A model generated the notes under the pieces. That model saw nothing but the letters and a program-made list of their open reading frames with translations, had not been told where the DNA came from and ran no database searches. From the NCBI RefSeq assembly GCF_009914755.1, contig NC_060936.1: a stretch of 64,000 nt of DNA; one strand, 5' to 3'. Shown piece after piece: positions 43,703-59,600 of this stretch. The translations under genes and the position numbers were made by a program. Positions within the stretch are counted from its first letter, which is position 1, and each line of letters opens with the position of its first letter. The stretch comes from the human T2T-CHM13v2.0 reference genome, Homo sapiens.

Positions 43703-43900
43703 CTAGACTTGCATTTTCCAGTATAACAGCCATTAGTTATGAGTGGCTATTTAAATTTACACTGAAAATTCAATTCCTGGGTCACACTAGCCACATTTTA
43801 AGTGTTCAATATTCATGTGTCTAGTGGCTACCACCGGGTACAGCACAGATACAGAACATTTCCATCACTGCAGAAAGTGCCATTGGACAGCACTTGTCTA
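43703..43900. mobile_element. MER3-like hAT MITE
   Basis: gtcacactagccacattt.aagtg.tcaat...gaacatttccatcactgcagaaagt. Confidence 0.7.
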
Positions 43901-44838
43901 TACCCCATGTCATACAAGAAATGGGAATGAGAATTTAACCCAGGAGAAGGGAATGCTTTAAGAAAATCTCATATTTTAAGACTCACAAGAATTATGCAGA
44001 AAAGAGAACTGCTCTCTCTAGCACACAGAACGACAACAGGTAGAAGCTGCTGAAGGGTAGACCTCTGCTTAACGTATAACAAGACCTAGCAATTAGAATT
44101 AGTCACTACGGAAAGGCTGCTCACCAAGAATGAGCTTTCGTTCTTAGAAGTGATTAAGGAGAGGGCAGTCAGACAACCACCCTTCCAGGGATTTCTCTAC
44201 AGAGAAAAATATCTCTTCTGATTCCAAGTTGCTAGAATTATGCAACAACGCACTAAACTATCAACAAATGGGTTATAACCAGTTATATAATATAATATAG
44301 CAAGCTGTTCCTAACTCCTTTCACTTTTTCTTTGAAATTTACATGGCAACTGTACTGAGGAAATTAAGACAGGAAAGGCCAGAGGAGAATAAGAGAAAGA
44401 GAGATTTATACAATTAATTGACTACTTCCCTGAGTCTGTAAACATCCATTCATCTTTGAAGAGTACTGTCCTCTATCCTAGGTCGATACTTTGTGTGGGA
44501 TCACAAAGCGATGTGACTCAATTCAAAAGCATCTTATTCTTAAAAAAAAAATGTAAAAAAAATGCTCATTTTGATTCTATATCATAATTTCTTATTTTAA
44601 AAATGGTTAAAATTGCTCATGCACACTAAAAATGACAGTCGGAGAATGTCTACTATGTTTATCCTACCCTGTATGGTACCTGCAGCATGAATGTTACCTT
44701 AATATTTCATTTTGCCTTCCACCTCACTCTAGAGACTGCTCTATCTGCTCAATAAAGCTATATGAGAGACAGGGAGATGGCAGGCAGGTGATTTTAAGTA
44801 TTAGAAAGCAGGTGTTTATATTTATAATTGCCTTTTCT

Positions 44839-46392
<1,554 letters not shown>

Positions 46393-47012
46393 TCATGTTT
46401 TAAATTTAGTACTTAAGCAACTTTCAGCCAAAGAGAGAGGAGGTGGTACTGCTAGAGCTCTGTTTCATTTCTTTGGTCTCCATCAAACGAGGACCCTGAA
46501 CCTCTGCCCTATAGAAGACAACTGAGAAACCAAAATAAGGAAGAGAAGGGGGAAAAATAACTAGGCCAGGAGAGAGACACATGTTGAATCTTGCCATCCC
46601 AGTCATGAAAAGAAACTGGCTGTAGCTTTATTGTCTTGTCTCTCTTGGTAGAACAAGTCTCCTTTTGGCACAGAGAAGTCTCTTGGTAGAAGCTGTACCT
46701 GATACTTTAAAGCACCAACTGAAATGGCTATTACTAGAATGAAGGTGAGAGAGGGCATGAGGGAATAGTGTGGGTTCAGGATAAGTATCGGTAATACAAG
46801 AGTTTTTGTGGCAAGCTATACTGAAAAGTCAAGTCATGCAGGTGGGAATGAATTTTACGGGCTTCAAGAAACACCACAGAAAGGTTGCCCAAAATGGGTC
46901 ATTGTCAAATCTAAAATTGTCATTACCTTGGAAAAAACAAGTCTTATTAAGGAAAACAATGGAGACACAGGAACAGAAAAGTTACCCATATATATTAATC
47001 TGGACTAAGCCA

Positions 47013-47530
47013 TCCATTCATTCATCCAACACACATGTACTGAGCATCCACCATGGGCCAGGCACTATGCTACATGCCAGGGTTGCAATGGAGAAAATAA
47101 AAGACATGATCTCAGCTGCTGTAAAATTTCATTTTGGTGGGGGAAACTTCTTTTAAAAGAATAACAAATAGATGAGTAAAAAATACAATTACTTATATGA
47201 TGATAAAGTAGACATTATAATAAAGAAGATATAAAAATGTATAAGGGGAAACCTAAGAGTCTGATTTAAACAGTGCAGGCAGGGTGAGTATTCTAGGCAG
47301 TGGGAAATACGTATGCAAAAGAACACAGGGCTGGAACAACCTGGCACATCTGGAGAACTGAGGAGTGACTCCAGAGACTGCTCAATGGGCCAACAGGATG
47401 CAGATCATGCAGAGCATTGTACGTCTTGAGAAGGATTTTTTTCTTCACCTCAGAGCAATGGGAACTGTTGAAGGGTTTAAGGAATCATGCAGCAATTACA
47501 AATTTATGTGTCAAATACAGTCATTCTAAA
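47013..47530 (-). mobile_element. L2 3' end
   Basis: attcattcatccaacacacatgtactgagcatccaccatgggccaggcact. Confidence 0.7.
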
Positions 47531-47806
47531 TTGAGAATTCAAAAACCTAGCAACCTTGAATTCTGGGGGCCAGTTTATATTTAAATGTGAAGATAAACTT
47601 ACAGTGTTTGTCACAAATACAGCTCTGTGTATAGTAAACTCTCTTTTATGTGTAAGTCATCTATAAACATTTAAAATCCAATAAAAGATTACAACTTATC
47701 ATATTAAGACGTTTATGTGTTTATTTTGTAAGACTTGAGCTGCATAAGTTTATTTCCACTAAACGTAATATCTGGTTTGTATGTACTGGTGAAGGCTGCA
47801 GTCCCC

Positions 47807-48254
47807 TGCTGTGGTTTTAACATGTGTCCTCTCCAAAACTCACGTTGAAATGTAATGTTCAATGTGGTCGTACCGATAGGCCCTTTAAGAGGTGATTGCG
47901 TCATGAGGGCTCTACCCTCGTGAATGGATTAGTCTACTGATGAATTAATGGTTTAATAGATTAATGAGCTATCATGGGAGTGAGACTGGTAGCTTTATAA
48001 GAGGAAGAGACACCTGAGCTATCGTGTTCAGGCCCCCTTGACACAAGATGCCCTACACCGGCTTAGGGATTCTGCAGAGTCCCCACCAGCAAAAAGGTTC
48101 CCCAAATGAGGCCCATCAACCTTGGACTTCTCAGCCTCCACAATAAGAAATAAATTCCTTTTCTTCATAAATTAAAGACTCTATAGGTATTCTGTATAGC
48201 TTTCTGCATAGGTTTCAGGTATTCTGTTATAAGCACAGAAAATGAACTAGGACA
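47807..48254 (+). mobile_element. MST-family (MSTC-like) MaLR solo LTR
   Basis: tgctgtggtttt...aaataaattccttttc...tattctgttataagca...aactaggaca. Confidence 0.8.
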
Positions 48255-49849
48255 ACCTCTAATAAAATGATGTCCTTTACATGTGAAGCAAACAGCCCAT
48301 TCATCTGCATCAGGAGAGCACACGTCCTAGATAAATTTGGCAGTAAAGATGTCAAATTCCATGGGTTTCTCTATACTCAGATCAGAGTATAAGGATGGGA
48401 TATGGTTTCTGTCCACTTAATAAAAACAAAACTCTCCAATTTCCCCAGAAACTTAAGTTCTAACTGTGGCTAAAGCTGCTCCTCAACTTCCATAATTAAT
48501 ATGAAAAACTGATGACCACTTTTCAAATACTGAGTTATAAAAGTTCCCTTTTTTTAAAAAAGGTAGCAACTATTTGCGGTCTACTGCACGTTACTAAGAG
48601 ATACCCTCACTTGAAAACACATTTAATGCTTGCCTTCCCTCTTTGCAACTTTACCTCTGAATTCAGAGCATATTAAAATATCAATATTACTTTAAAGTTA
48701 TATGTTGAGTTTGATGAATTAAATAAACTCTGTGCCATGTACTCAAGCAACAGTCTCTCAAATGTTTCCCAAAGCTGTTTTTTTCATGGTCTGATTTTTG
48801 GAATGTAATGAGAAATGCACGCTTATGAATGAAATTCTCACTTAATATGATGCTGGGTTCAGTATATAAATAGCAGAATATTGCAGATCTGATTTGTGAT
48901 CACTATGGCCAACTCTACCCTATTCATCATTCATAAGCCAACGCTCCTATGACTCCCACCTCGTGGCCAGTTTCCCTTTGTGAGAAAAAGAGATGTGGCC
49001 CTAACACATGGTAGGGCTCACAACACTGAACAGCTCCAGGGGTCAATGGAAAAGAGGCATTTGGCAAGTCAAAATTATTATCAAAGCCACATTTATTTGT
49101 TTTTATCCACTTGATTTTAAAAATTAAATGACTTTAATGAATGAAAATGAAATGACCTTTAGTACTATCAAACACAAGGAGAAAAGTAGATTCTTTGCTT
49201 AACTGTAGTCATTTTATTCCCCTGCTTAAAAAAAAAAAAAAAAGTCTTCAATGAAGACTCCCCAAACATGCAAACCACCTAAGCATGGAAGAAGCTTCCT
49301 GAGCTGATCCCTGCAAACTCACACAAGTTTCCTTCCTTCTCCACCTCACTTCCCCTCACGCTCCACACATCCTGAAACCTATGTGCTGGTACATGCCCAG
49401 GCATCTTCCACTGTCCCAGGCACACTCCACGTGTGCTATGTCTTTACCGTCTGTCTTCTCTCTTGTTCAGAGCACCTTGAAAGTGGAGGCCAAATCCTAT
49501 TTTTCCTTGTTCCCTAGCACTTAGCACACAGTAGGCATTGTTGCTGGGCATTCTGAAGAGCTTGAAATTCACCTTATAGATACAAAAGCCCTCAGGCTAC
49601 AAATATTGTTGTTATTTATAATTGAGTACCCACCAAAATTATTAGGAACCATGAAGAGAGAAGTTTTCCTGAAAATTCACCCCCAATGCAAAATGGTTTT
49701 TCCTTCCCTCATCTCTTGCTGCCAGGATAATGTTTCTAAATCCTGCATTCCTCCTGTGACCCTCCCATTCAAGAATCCACTTTGGCCCACTGCCTCCAGT
49801 CTCTGCTCCTCTGCCAAGCCCACCACAATGCAAAAGCAGCAGCTGCTGG

Positions 49850-50060
49850 CGCTCACATTTTCAGAACTCTTTCATGTACATTATGCCATTTGATCCTTTA
49901 CCGGAACCCCAGGAGAGAGATGGGCAGACATCTTAGACTGTTTTCACAGATAAACAAAGAAAAGTTAATTAAGTCTGTCTAAGGTCAGACAGGTTAGTAG
50001 TGTGAGACGAGACGAAAACCTGTGCATCTGTGAGTCCAATTCCCAGCTCAGGGCTCTCTT
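49850..50060 (-). mobile_element. MIR
   Basis: ttttcacagataa...aagttaattaagtctgtctaaggtcagacagg. Confidence 0.5.
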
Positions 50061-51059
50061 CTAATGCACAAGGGCCCGTGATTTCTCTTGTCTACTCGAT
50101 TCTTAGTGAGCACCTTCTGTGTGTCTGAGACTGTAGTGGGCTGAGGGGATTGAGAGCTCGCTAAGATAAAAGTTGGACCCTGGAAGGAGATGTGTGACCA
50201 TGTCATTAGAGACTACACATGCTGTGCTTGTGAAAGCTTCAAAACTGGAAAAGAAAAATCGCCATCCTTGGGATTCTACAATAACTATAGTTAATGACAT
50301 ACAAATTGCCAATACTCCCTACCACCCAGTATTGATCTCTGTAGCACAGCAATGGGCATGACTGTCCTAATTTCCTGCATCCCCAAAGCATCTCCAATAC
50401 AGAAGGATGCATGATGTGATGGAACCACATCTCGCGGCATTAGGTTCCAAGCCAGCAGATGGCGGAAAACCATGTATCATCAACACACCCTTGAAGATCT
50501 CTTATGACACCAGCAAGGTACTTTATGTAGACAGTCTTCCCCTCTCAATGAATCTAACATGGGCAGTTTTCCTTCAGTGTGGGAAGAGATCAGTGTGGAA
50601 AGAGGAGGGTTTTGTCACTGTTGTGCATTTTAAATTTTTAGTTCAGGGCCTGTCAAAGTAGTTCAGAAATGTGAAGGGCACAGGGGCCGTGAAAAAGCTG
50701 TATGCCTGAACACCAAAGTCACCCTCAGTGGGCTGAGATATTCATGCTTAGAAAGGCATATGGGAAAGGGGGCTTTTATTTCCCACCTCATACATACTCC
50801 AGGGCATACACTCACCAGCTAGGGTGGTCAGCTGAATCCTTGTGTTAAGTGACTTCTCTTGTTCTTTTTTTACTTTTAATTATTGCTGCTATTGTCAGAA
50901 TTATTATTATTTTCTCAAGCATGCATAGTTGAACACAAGTTATGTAAAACGTAGGTATGCTGTTGCCACTGTAAATCTTTAGCCACTGGTTTAAACTAAG
51001 TGTATAGAAGGAGATCTGTCTGAATTACGCTAAGTGCAGCAGCATGTGGTTATTCCATG

Positions 51060-52090
51060 AATATTCTTTAATTCATACATTCATAGATAATGTAATTCAT
51101 ACATTAATTAAGCACTAACTTATGCCATATACCTGCATTAAGTGCTGAGGAAAAGAAGAGTTAGCTACAGAGGCCTCAAAATACAGCAGAGGATAAAAAT
51201 ATAAACAAAATTATTTAATTACTGCGTAAGTTGGATATACAAGGTAAGATGGGCCTGAATGTGGCAGGGCAGGCTCAGCAGAGATGACTCAATGTCCCCA
51301 GAAACACACACAACTCCCTCCCTCACTTTCAGTCCCTGATTCAAGTATCTTCCTCCTGGCAAGCCTTTCTCTACATCCCCATTTAAAACTGTAAAACCCC
51401 TCTTTGGCCACATGCTTCCGACACCTCTTCCCTGCTGCTTCTCTCCAGGACTTAATCCCCTTCTGATCACATCTCTTATTTATTTTTTGTGTTTCTCCTT
51501 CCATGAGCAGGTCAGCTATAGAGGGCAGGGATTCCTGTCTGCTTTCTGAATCCTAATCTTAGAACAGTACCCAGAACATAGTAGGATTTGGTAAATATGT
51601 GCCTTTCCTGACTACATTAAAGAACAATTGCCAGAGCTCTCTAATCCCTTCATTCTCCTTTCTTTCTCTTCATAGCATTGATCATGAACTGATGTTATCT
51701 TTTCTTTTCTTCATTTATTTTTCTCTCCTCACTAGAATGGAAGCCTCAGGCGTCAGGATAAGAGGGAGTTTGTATGCTTTTTCACTGGGTGTCCTAGCAC
51801 TTAAAAGAGGGCTTGGTACATAGTAGATACTCAAAACATTGTAGTTGAATGAATCGTCATCCTTATCACAGCTCACATTCACTGAGCACTCAGTACATGC
51901 AAGACAGCTTTACCTGTATTCCCTGTATCTTCACAATAACTCTATGAGATAGACATCAGCATTATTCTCATTTTAGAGATGACTGACACAGTCAGTCAGT
52001 AACTTGCCCAAGGTTACAAACCTGGCAAAGGGTGGAGCCAAAAGTTAATTCCAGGCCACCTGACTTGAGCTTTACTTTTAATCACTGTTC
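51060..52090. mobile_element. Cluster of L2 fragments and a MIR (~51870-52090)
   Basis: L2 3' ends (cagaacatagtagg...; ggtacatagtagatactc...gttgaatgaat); MIR core cattttagagatga...aacttgcccaaggttaca. Confidence 0.55.
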
Positions 52091-52603
52091 TACTGACGTG
52101 ACTTCACTGAAGAACAGGCCACCATGGCTTCTCAGCCATCATGTGGTTTAATTATCTGCCCCTCTAAACCATCCTCCTGCCACCTCCAAGTCATTTGCCA
52201 CACTAAAGACAGTATGACATTTTCAAATAGCAGCTCTGATCATGTCATTCTGCTTTACGTCTCTTCAATGGCTTTCCATTGGTAGAGTACATGTTTCGGT
52301 GTCCTACCAGCAAAGGTAATCAATATATATAATAACCTCTCTGGAATGATGACAATGTCACCTCTGGGAAGATGACAGGCTATAAAGACAATGATGGACT
52401 AAGAAATGCTTTACTTTTGAGATAAGAAATAAAGAGAAAAGGCTTAGTTGATTATGATATGACCTTTATCAGTAATTCTAGAAATATTTATGCAATATCT
52501 GATAAGAATATTGCATATGTTAAAATGGATACTCCTGGGCCCCACCCAAATCTACTAATTTAGAATCTCTAGGGATAGTGTCTGATAATCTAACCAGCAC
52601 CCT

Positions 52604-52940
<337 letters not shown>

Positions 52941-54490
52941 TCACTGACCTAACATTCTTCAACTCTAGGACACCAGGCAAGCATCTGCATGCTGGGTAAC
53001 ACTATATAAACCATTAGCATCAAGACTAAGACCCAACTAGCTCCGTTTAATAACCAACAAGGCTCTTTTGTTCAACTACAATGCTGTAGAACTCACAGAT
53101 TCAAACTTCCCTAACCCAAGGCACAGATTTCAATCATGTCCAATGCTCGAGCAGGTCATTCCACACCACGCAAAGCCAGAGTTCATACATTCAGAAAAAT
53201 CAACTCCCTCATGTAAGCCAGGTCAATAGAGTTTTACTGTAAGATATGTTCATTCCAAAGACTATTCCACTTCTTTAAAATATGTCATCCTGCAATAGCT
53301 AGGATATTGTGAGAGAAAAATTTAAAAAACATACAAATCATGCCTTGCACCTAGCACACTGGTTGACTTCTGAGCTAGTTCTGTGTGGGATTCAAAGGAA
53401 AGCATGTCTATTCAGGCCTTGTGCATGCTAAAAAGGTTAGAGATGAGCTTTGTTAGTGGGAAGATTATCGCAGATTCCTATCATCCCAGATTCCCTGATA
53501 TTATGAGAATAGGTCCCTAACTGAATTTGTCTCTGGACATGCGGTACCCTTTGATCTAATTATCAGCTCCTGGCTCCTATAGCTAAGAGAAGACAAAAGT
53601 CTCACCAGGACAGTCTTCTCTGCATGCAGCCCCTCCAGCTGGGAGGGGTCTTCATGGCACAGAGTAGAAAGAGTATGGAGCAGTAATATTAAATCCTATG
53701 GTTAAGACTTCAACTAATTACTCATTTTCTTTACACACAAGCTTTCAAACTATTTAACCTGTGCAAATAACTCATAAAAATGTTTTCCTCTGCAAAATGT
53801 AAAAGATACAAACAAAAAACAACCACAAAAAACTCTTAATATGAAAGTCAAATCATTCTAAAAACTACTTTGAAAGATATGAGATTTAATTGTGACGCTA
53901 CAGCAAGTTTTCAATCTGTGTCATGTTATATAACTTAACAGATTTTTTTTAATCTCAGAAAAGCATTTAAGAACTCATTTTTAGCTTTATTTTCAAGTGT
54001 TTTTATATAAAAGAAAATGTTTTACTCTACACAACACAAATTAAAAGTGCTTGAGAAACAATAATTGTATATTACAATATCCAATCAAGCCTGCAGGAGG
54101 AAACAAAACATTCGTAGATGAAAACAACCAGAGAGGTAAATTTTTCAAGATATTTCATAGGTATAAAAAGAAGTTTTTACTCTCCACATTGAATTATCAG
54201 GCCCATGATATAAATTACTCTTCGCAGAGTCTATGTAATCTAGGTAACACATTGGATGTATCATTATGTGAGACGAACAAAGCAATCACTGGCCAGAGGT
54301 ATTGTAACACATTAAGGAGAAAGAAAGTGAAATTATTCAGGGTGATTTCACACCCAGCACTTGCTAAAGTGAAACACAAAAACAATATGGAGAAGAGGAC
54401 AAATTTTAAAGGAGCACAAATTTCTAACTTTTGAGAGATCATTGTAGCTTTCTAATTATAAGTTATAACGTTAAAGTGTAAAACACTAGG

Positions 54491-54812
<322 letters not shown>

Positions 54813-56257
54813 CTAACTTCCTCACAAGTTCTTAATGCTCTCAACGCTATACCATGCCAAAGAGTAGACTGCTTTCCCCATGCTGCCCAGATTACAAAAC
54901 TGCACTGCAGATCCTCTCAGCCATGAAGTATGCCATGACCCTCAAGCTCTCTTAAACATACTGACAGAATCTGCCAATATGCAGTGCGAGGACAGCAAGA
55001 GCAAAGTGGAATTTAAAAAGGCCACCTTGGTCAAACAAGAATAGCTGCAGATGTTTACGATACCAAAACCAGCACTCCATTTAGATTCTAAAATTTTAAG
55101 CAATTGTAAAAGACAAAGAAAAAAGGTATTTATGCTAGCATAAAAATGTTTTTTAAATACAGTGTTTATTTGTCAAATACCGACTGCTTTTTCTTTCACT
55201 CCTTTCTGTTTCTGATCTTTGGAAAAACCACATCAGTATCAAATGTCACTTAGCTCTTATTCAAACAGAGGAAAGCAGACACAGCGGCTGCACCCGTGAC
55301 TTAGCTGACCTGGGCCCTCAGTAAAAACAAACCTCTATAAATCACCAGATGTAAGCAATTGGGTAGTGATCACTCTATTAATTGAACAGCTTTCCTGAAA
55401 TTTACTGTATAATTTCAACCCTCCCAACACCTCTCTCAGAAGCAACTAACAATGGTGGTTTTTTCCTTAAGTTGCTTAAAGAAAAACATTTTTTAACATC
55501 AGTAGCTTAAATATATTTTTAAATTATTTAAGATTAAGGTGGTAAGCTAATTAGATTTTAGAAATTAAACCACAGGCATTCTAAATGCTACCTTTAAATG
55601 CTGAAAGTCAGAATTATTCCAAAACCTACGTCAGTGCATGTATATACAACGTTACCTACACTAAAAATACAGAAAACTTGGTACAACCTTAATTGTATTT
55701 GAAAACTCATATTTGCAAAACAACCTGCAAAGTTATTTCTGTCTTCAGTCACATATTTACTTTTTTTGAGTTGATGTCTCTGAACTCTGATTTACACTGC
55801 AGGTACCACACTTAAAACAGGATACTCCAATGGCTTATTCTCAACTCCGGTTTCTCCTCACAAAGCAACTCTGATCATTCTCCACTAGGAACTACGTAAT
55901 ACATAACCCACAGATCCCCATGCCAACCATTGAGCGATACTAAAATTAAAGTCCTAGTCTACAGAATACGATAAAATACACATTTCTATGGTGTAAAGCT
56001 GGCCTCTTTGAATCTCGAAGACCAGTTCGGCAACAACAGCAAAGTGTAAAGTGTGTTGTTATAAGAATACATGAAATTTAGCAGTGAGAGAGTTAGAGGC
56101 TAGAAAACAAGTTAACCAATTTAAAGCGCGTATCTTTACTATGCCCTGAAAAAAATATTCCATTTTTTTCTTCTAAGATCTCTATGCTAGTCCCTATGGA
56201 ACTCCCACTCAAGGTTCCTGCAAACATACATGAGGAATTCTGCTGATATTCACTTAC

Positions 56258-56332
56258 AAGGAGAGAAGTGTAATATTTGCCGAGACTGGTCCCAGATTTG
56301 GAATGGTCTCCAATTCATTGTTGTTCAGTTTC
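56258..56332 (-). CDS. LRIG3: LRIG3 exon 3 (LRR: KLNNNELETIPNLGPVSANITLLSL)
   Basis: tttgtag| acceptor, |gtaagt donor, 75 nt, phase 2-2. Confidence 0.96.
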
Positions 56333-56540
56333 CTACAAATGCCAAAAAAAAAAAGAAAAAGAAAAGCTGATTAGGTAATCTGTAATTCACAGAGGTGAAA
56401 ACTTTACATATTATTTCAAGATACCACCCAAGTTAAAAGTTTTGAATAACTCACTATAATCCAAGTATTCCTTACGGTTAAATAGTATAAGGGGTAACGT
56501 ATTTTACTCAAACCTTAAAAACAAAATAACGAAGACTCAC

Positions 56541-56612
56541 ACTTCTCGAAGGCTTTGAAGGTGGCTCATGGAACTTGCCTTGATGAAAGATAATCTGTTG
56601 TGACTTAAGTCC
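56541..56612 (-). CDS. LRIG3: LRIG3 exon 2 (LRR: DLSHNRLSFIKASSMSHLQSLREV)
   Basis: ttttcttatag| acceptor, |gtgagt donor, 72 nt, phase 2-2. Confidence 0.96.
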
Positions 56613-59600
56613 CTATAAGAAAACAAAAATAAAATTATAAGTCATTTCTAAAAATCACTAATAGTGCTAACTGGGCTTATGAAGTATCTCTATGAACACC
56701 AGTGAGAGCAGGAGAAATAATTGGTCTATTCTGTCCACAAACTAGATGGCAACCAAAATGCCAAACTCAAAAATACAAGCTCCAAGGACAAAATTAGTTT
56801 AGGGAGACTGGCAGATTCAAATACTTTAAGCCCACAAATGTTTTAAGAGATGTTTTTTTGGCACGTGGTGAACAGATCTTTTGTGAACTGGCAGGTCTGC
56901 TTCACCCTCCCATCTCCCCACTCCTAACCTGATATGATGACATCATGGTTTAAGAAAAGGAGCTAATTAGGCAGGTTGCTGAAACTAAAGCCTCTATAGA
57001 AATCTTTTTATTGTCATACATTTAAGCATCAATGTCCTTATTGCAGTCAAGGAAAACAGAAATTGCTTTGCATACATATTTGTTTCTCTGCGTTAAAGCA
57101 CCAAATCATTTAAAGCATTATTTTGTGTGTGAGTGTTGAGAGGGTAGAAAACAATCTGAACCCTCTGCTTTCTTAAATTCCCCAAATATCAATATCTGAT
57201 AATATAAAATTTAAACCACATCGCCATCTAACAAAGTTCAGCAGATTGCACAAAAACTTGTGAACAGATTTCAATCATTAAAATAAATGTGCTTCTTACT
57301 CAATAACTCAATTTAACTTAGTAACAATTTCCATAGAACATCATTACTATTAAAAACAATAACAAACTCATACATATACAATACTCTAGGCTAGAAAGTC
57401 ATCTCATTTAAGATTCAAAATATGGAACAAATTCCAGCAAATATTCTTGGTTATATTCCCCATATGTGTTAACACATTGACTATGTGCCTTCAAAATAGT
57501 GTAATAAAAATGAAATGGTTCCAGAGTGATGAAAAACCGGGATAACAAATAGTATGGCTTGAAGCTTCCCACTGAAAGGGTTATCCAACCCATACTAATT
57601 TTTTTGGTGTTTAAAACGGAGTTTTTTAAATAACCAAAGTTGATTGGAGAAAAGCATGAATTATTTGTTATATGCATAAGTACACCCCTCCTAAAAAATA
57701 AATAAAGAGAAATCACCTCCAGAGAAGCACAGTGTTACTCAGTGTTTAGTTAACAATTAGAAATCAGAGTTCCTTTCAGTCTTTGAGTTTCTGTTTTGAG
57801 AATAAACCTGGATTCTCTTTTTCACCTAAAAAAAAAAATCTGCAAGGTTTTATTTGAAGTATGTTTGCCCAAAGACCTACCAGACAGTGACAGACATGAG
57901 TAGATTTGTTCTGGTAGAGTTATAACATGAAAAAAATCTGGCACAGTCTTTAAACTATAAAAATCCTGCAATTACAACCACTGCTGTGCATGCTCACCAC
58001 GCTGGCTGGAGCCAGACACTTTCCCTTGCAGCCCAGCTCAAGTCCATCTGGAGTTCATCAAGGAAACCGTGAGCCCAACAACTCACGTTAGGATTCAAAC
58101 AAAACCTGTGTGCTTTTAGCACCCCAGACAGTCACAGATTTCCCACATGGTTTAAAAAACAACCAAGGAAAAGAGTCTTTCACCTGGGAGGTAGCCTGAG
58201 TCAACAGAAAGTCTCATTTGGACCCACTTAACTAAAGAGCATTGAGCCAGCGTAAAACTGCATCCCCTATTGTTTCAGGTCTTAAAAAGAAAGGGGAAGC
58301 AATCTGGCATTAATATTTAACACAGGTGATTCTCTTTTTAATTAAAAATAAAAAAACACTAAAACTGAGGATTAACTTCATTTTAAGGATTATTTCACAG
58401 GGCAATCCTGTGAGAGAAATGAGACGGAGTGCTTAACTTTTTTCAACTAGTAATGGGATAAGATTCCTCCTACAAAAGACCTGTAAAAAATAAGAAACTC
58501 CCTTCAGAGACCAGTGCACATGCTGGGGACCCCTCATTTCTGATCCAGAAGCAGGAGCTTGAAACTTTGAATATTTCAGTTATTGCAACACATTTCCATT
58601 CTTGAGTTTTGTGTACTATTAAAACTACATTATATGTAGGAGGAAAAAAAACACCCCTTAAATGACATTTACTGCTAAATACTTACAGCTATGAAACTTT
58701 TAGTGTACCTAAATTTAGATTTAATATAGTTTACATTTGAGAAATGATTACTTTCCAGTTAAGGGATGTCACATTTTCCTAAATCTTCCTTACATTGTTT
58801 TTATGGCTAGACCATTAAAAACAGATTCAAGTTGTACAACGTCGATGTTTTCTTAAACCCAGATCATAAAACATTCAATAAGAAAGGCAGATTCTTCATG
58901 TTTAGAGTTCCATTAATAGCATCTTCCCCACAAAACTTTTACAAAAACTTTTTGTAGTGGGGTTAATGAATGGGAAAGGTAGTAAGGTACGGAAGTGTTA
59001 ACTGTACCCAGAGCTCAGCTGGCCAACACTTGAAAGTCAAACTCTTTCTATATGGTTAGACAGACTTCTCTCTTCCTGAATATTAGCAAATGAATAAATA
59101 TATATGAAAATAATCAATTTGCAACATTTGGTTCAAGCTGTCATTTTCTTCCTTTTAGCATTTGGAAATCTGACTTCCAAGTCAAATTTTAAATGCAAAT
59201 CCAGCACAGCTTCTTAAGCAATCCCACTGGGGCCTGCAGAGCTGCTAATTCAGCACAAATCTGGAAAGCTGAAAAACAAAAAGCCAGGCTATAGCTGTTT
59301 TAAGACACTGATCCAAAGTGACTCATAAATCAGCCTGCTATATTCAAGTTTTAGTCTGGAAAATACAGAAAAACAGCTGTGAAAACCATAAGGACTATTA
59401 CCCCCACCCCACCCCCAACTGTGGTCCGGACCATAAGATTTATAACAGGTCAACACTAAAGAAGTCACACCAGCAGAAACTACCTTTGGGACTTTCGCCT
59501 GGGTCCTGTTGAGAACTCAAACATTTCTACATAAGACAAATAATTCTGAAATGCCAGTGAGAATTTAATAATACTGGAAGTTCTCATTGGCAATTTAGCA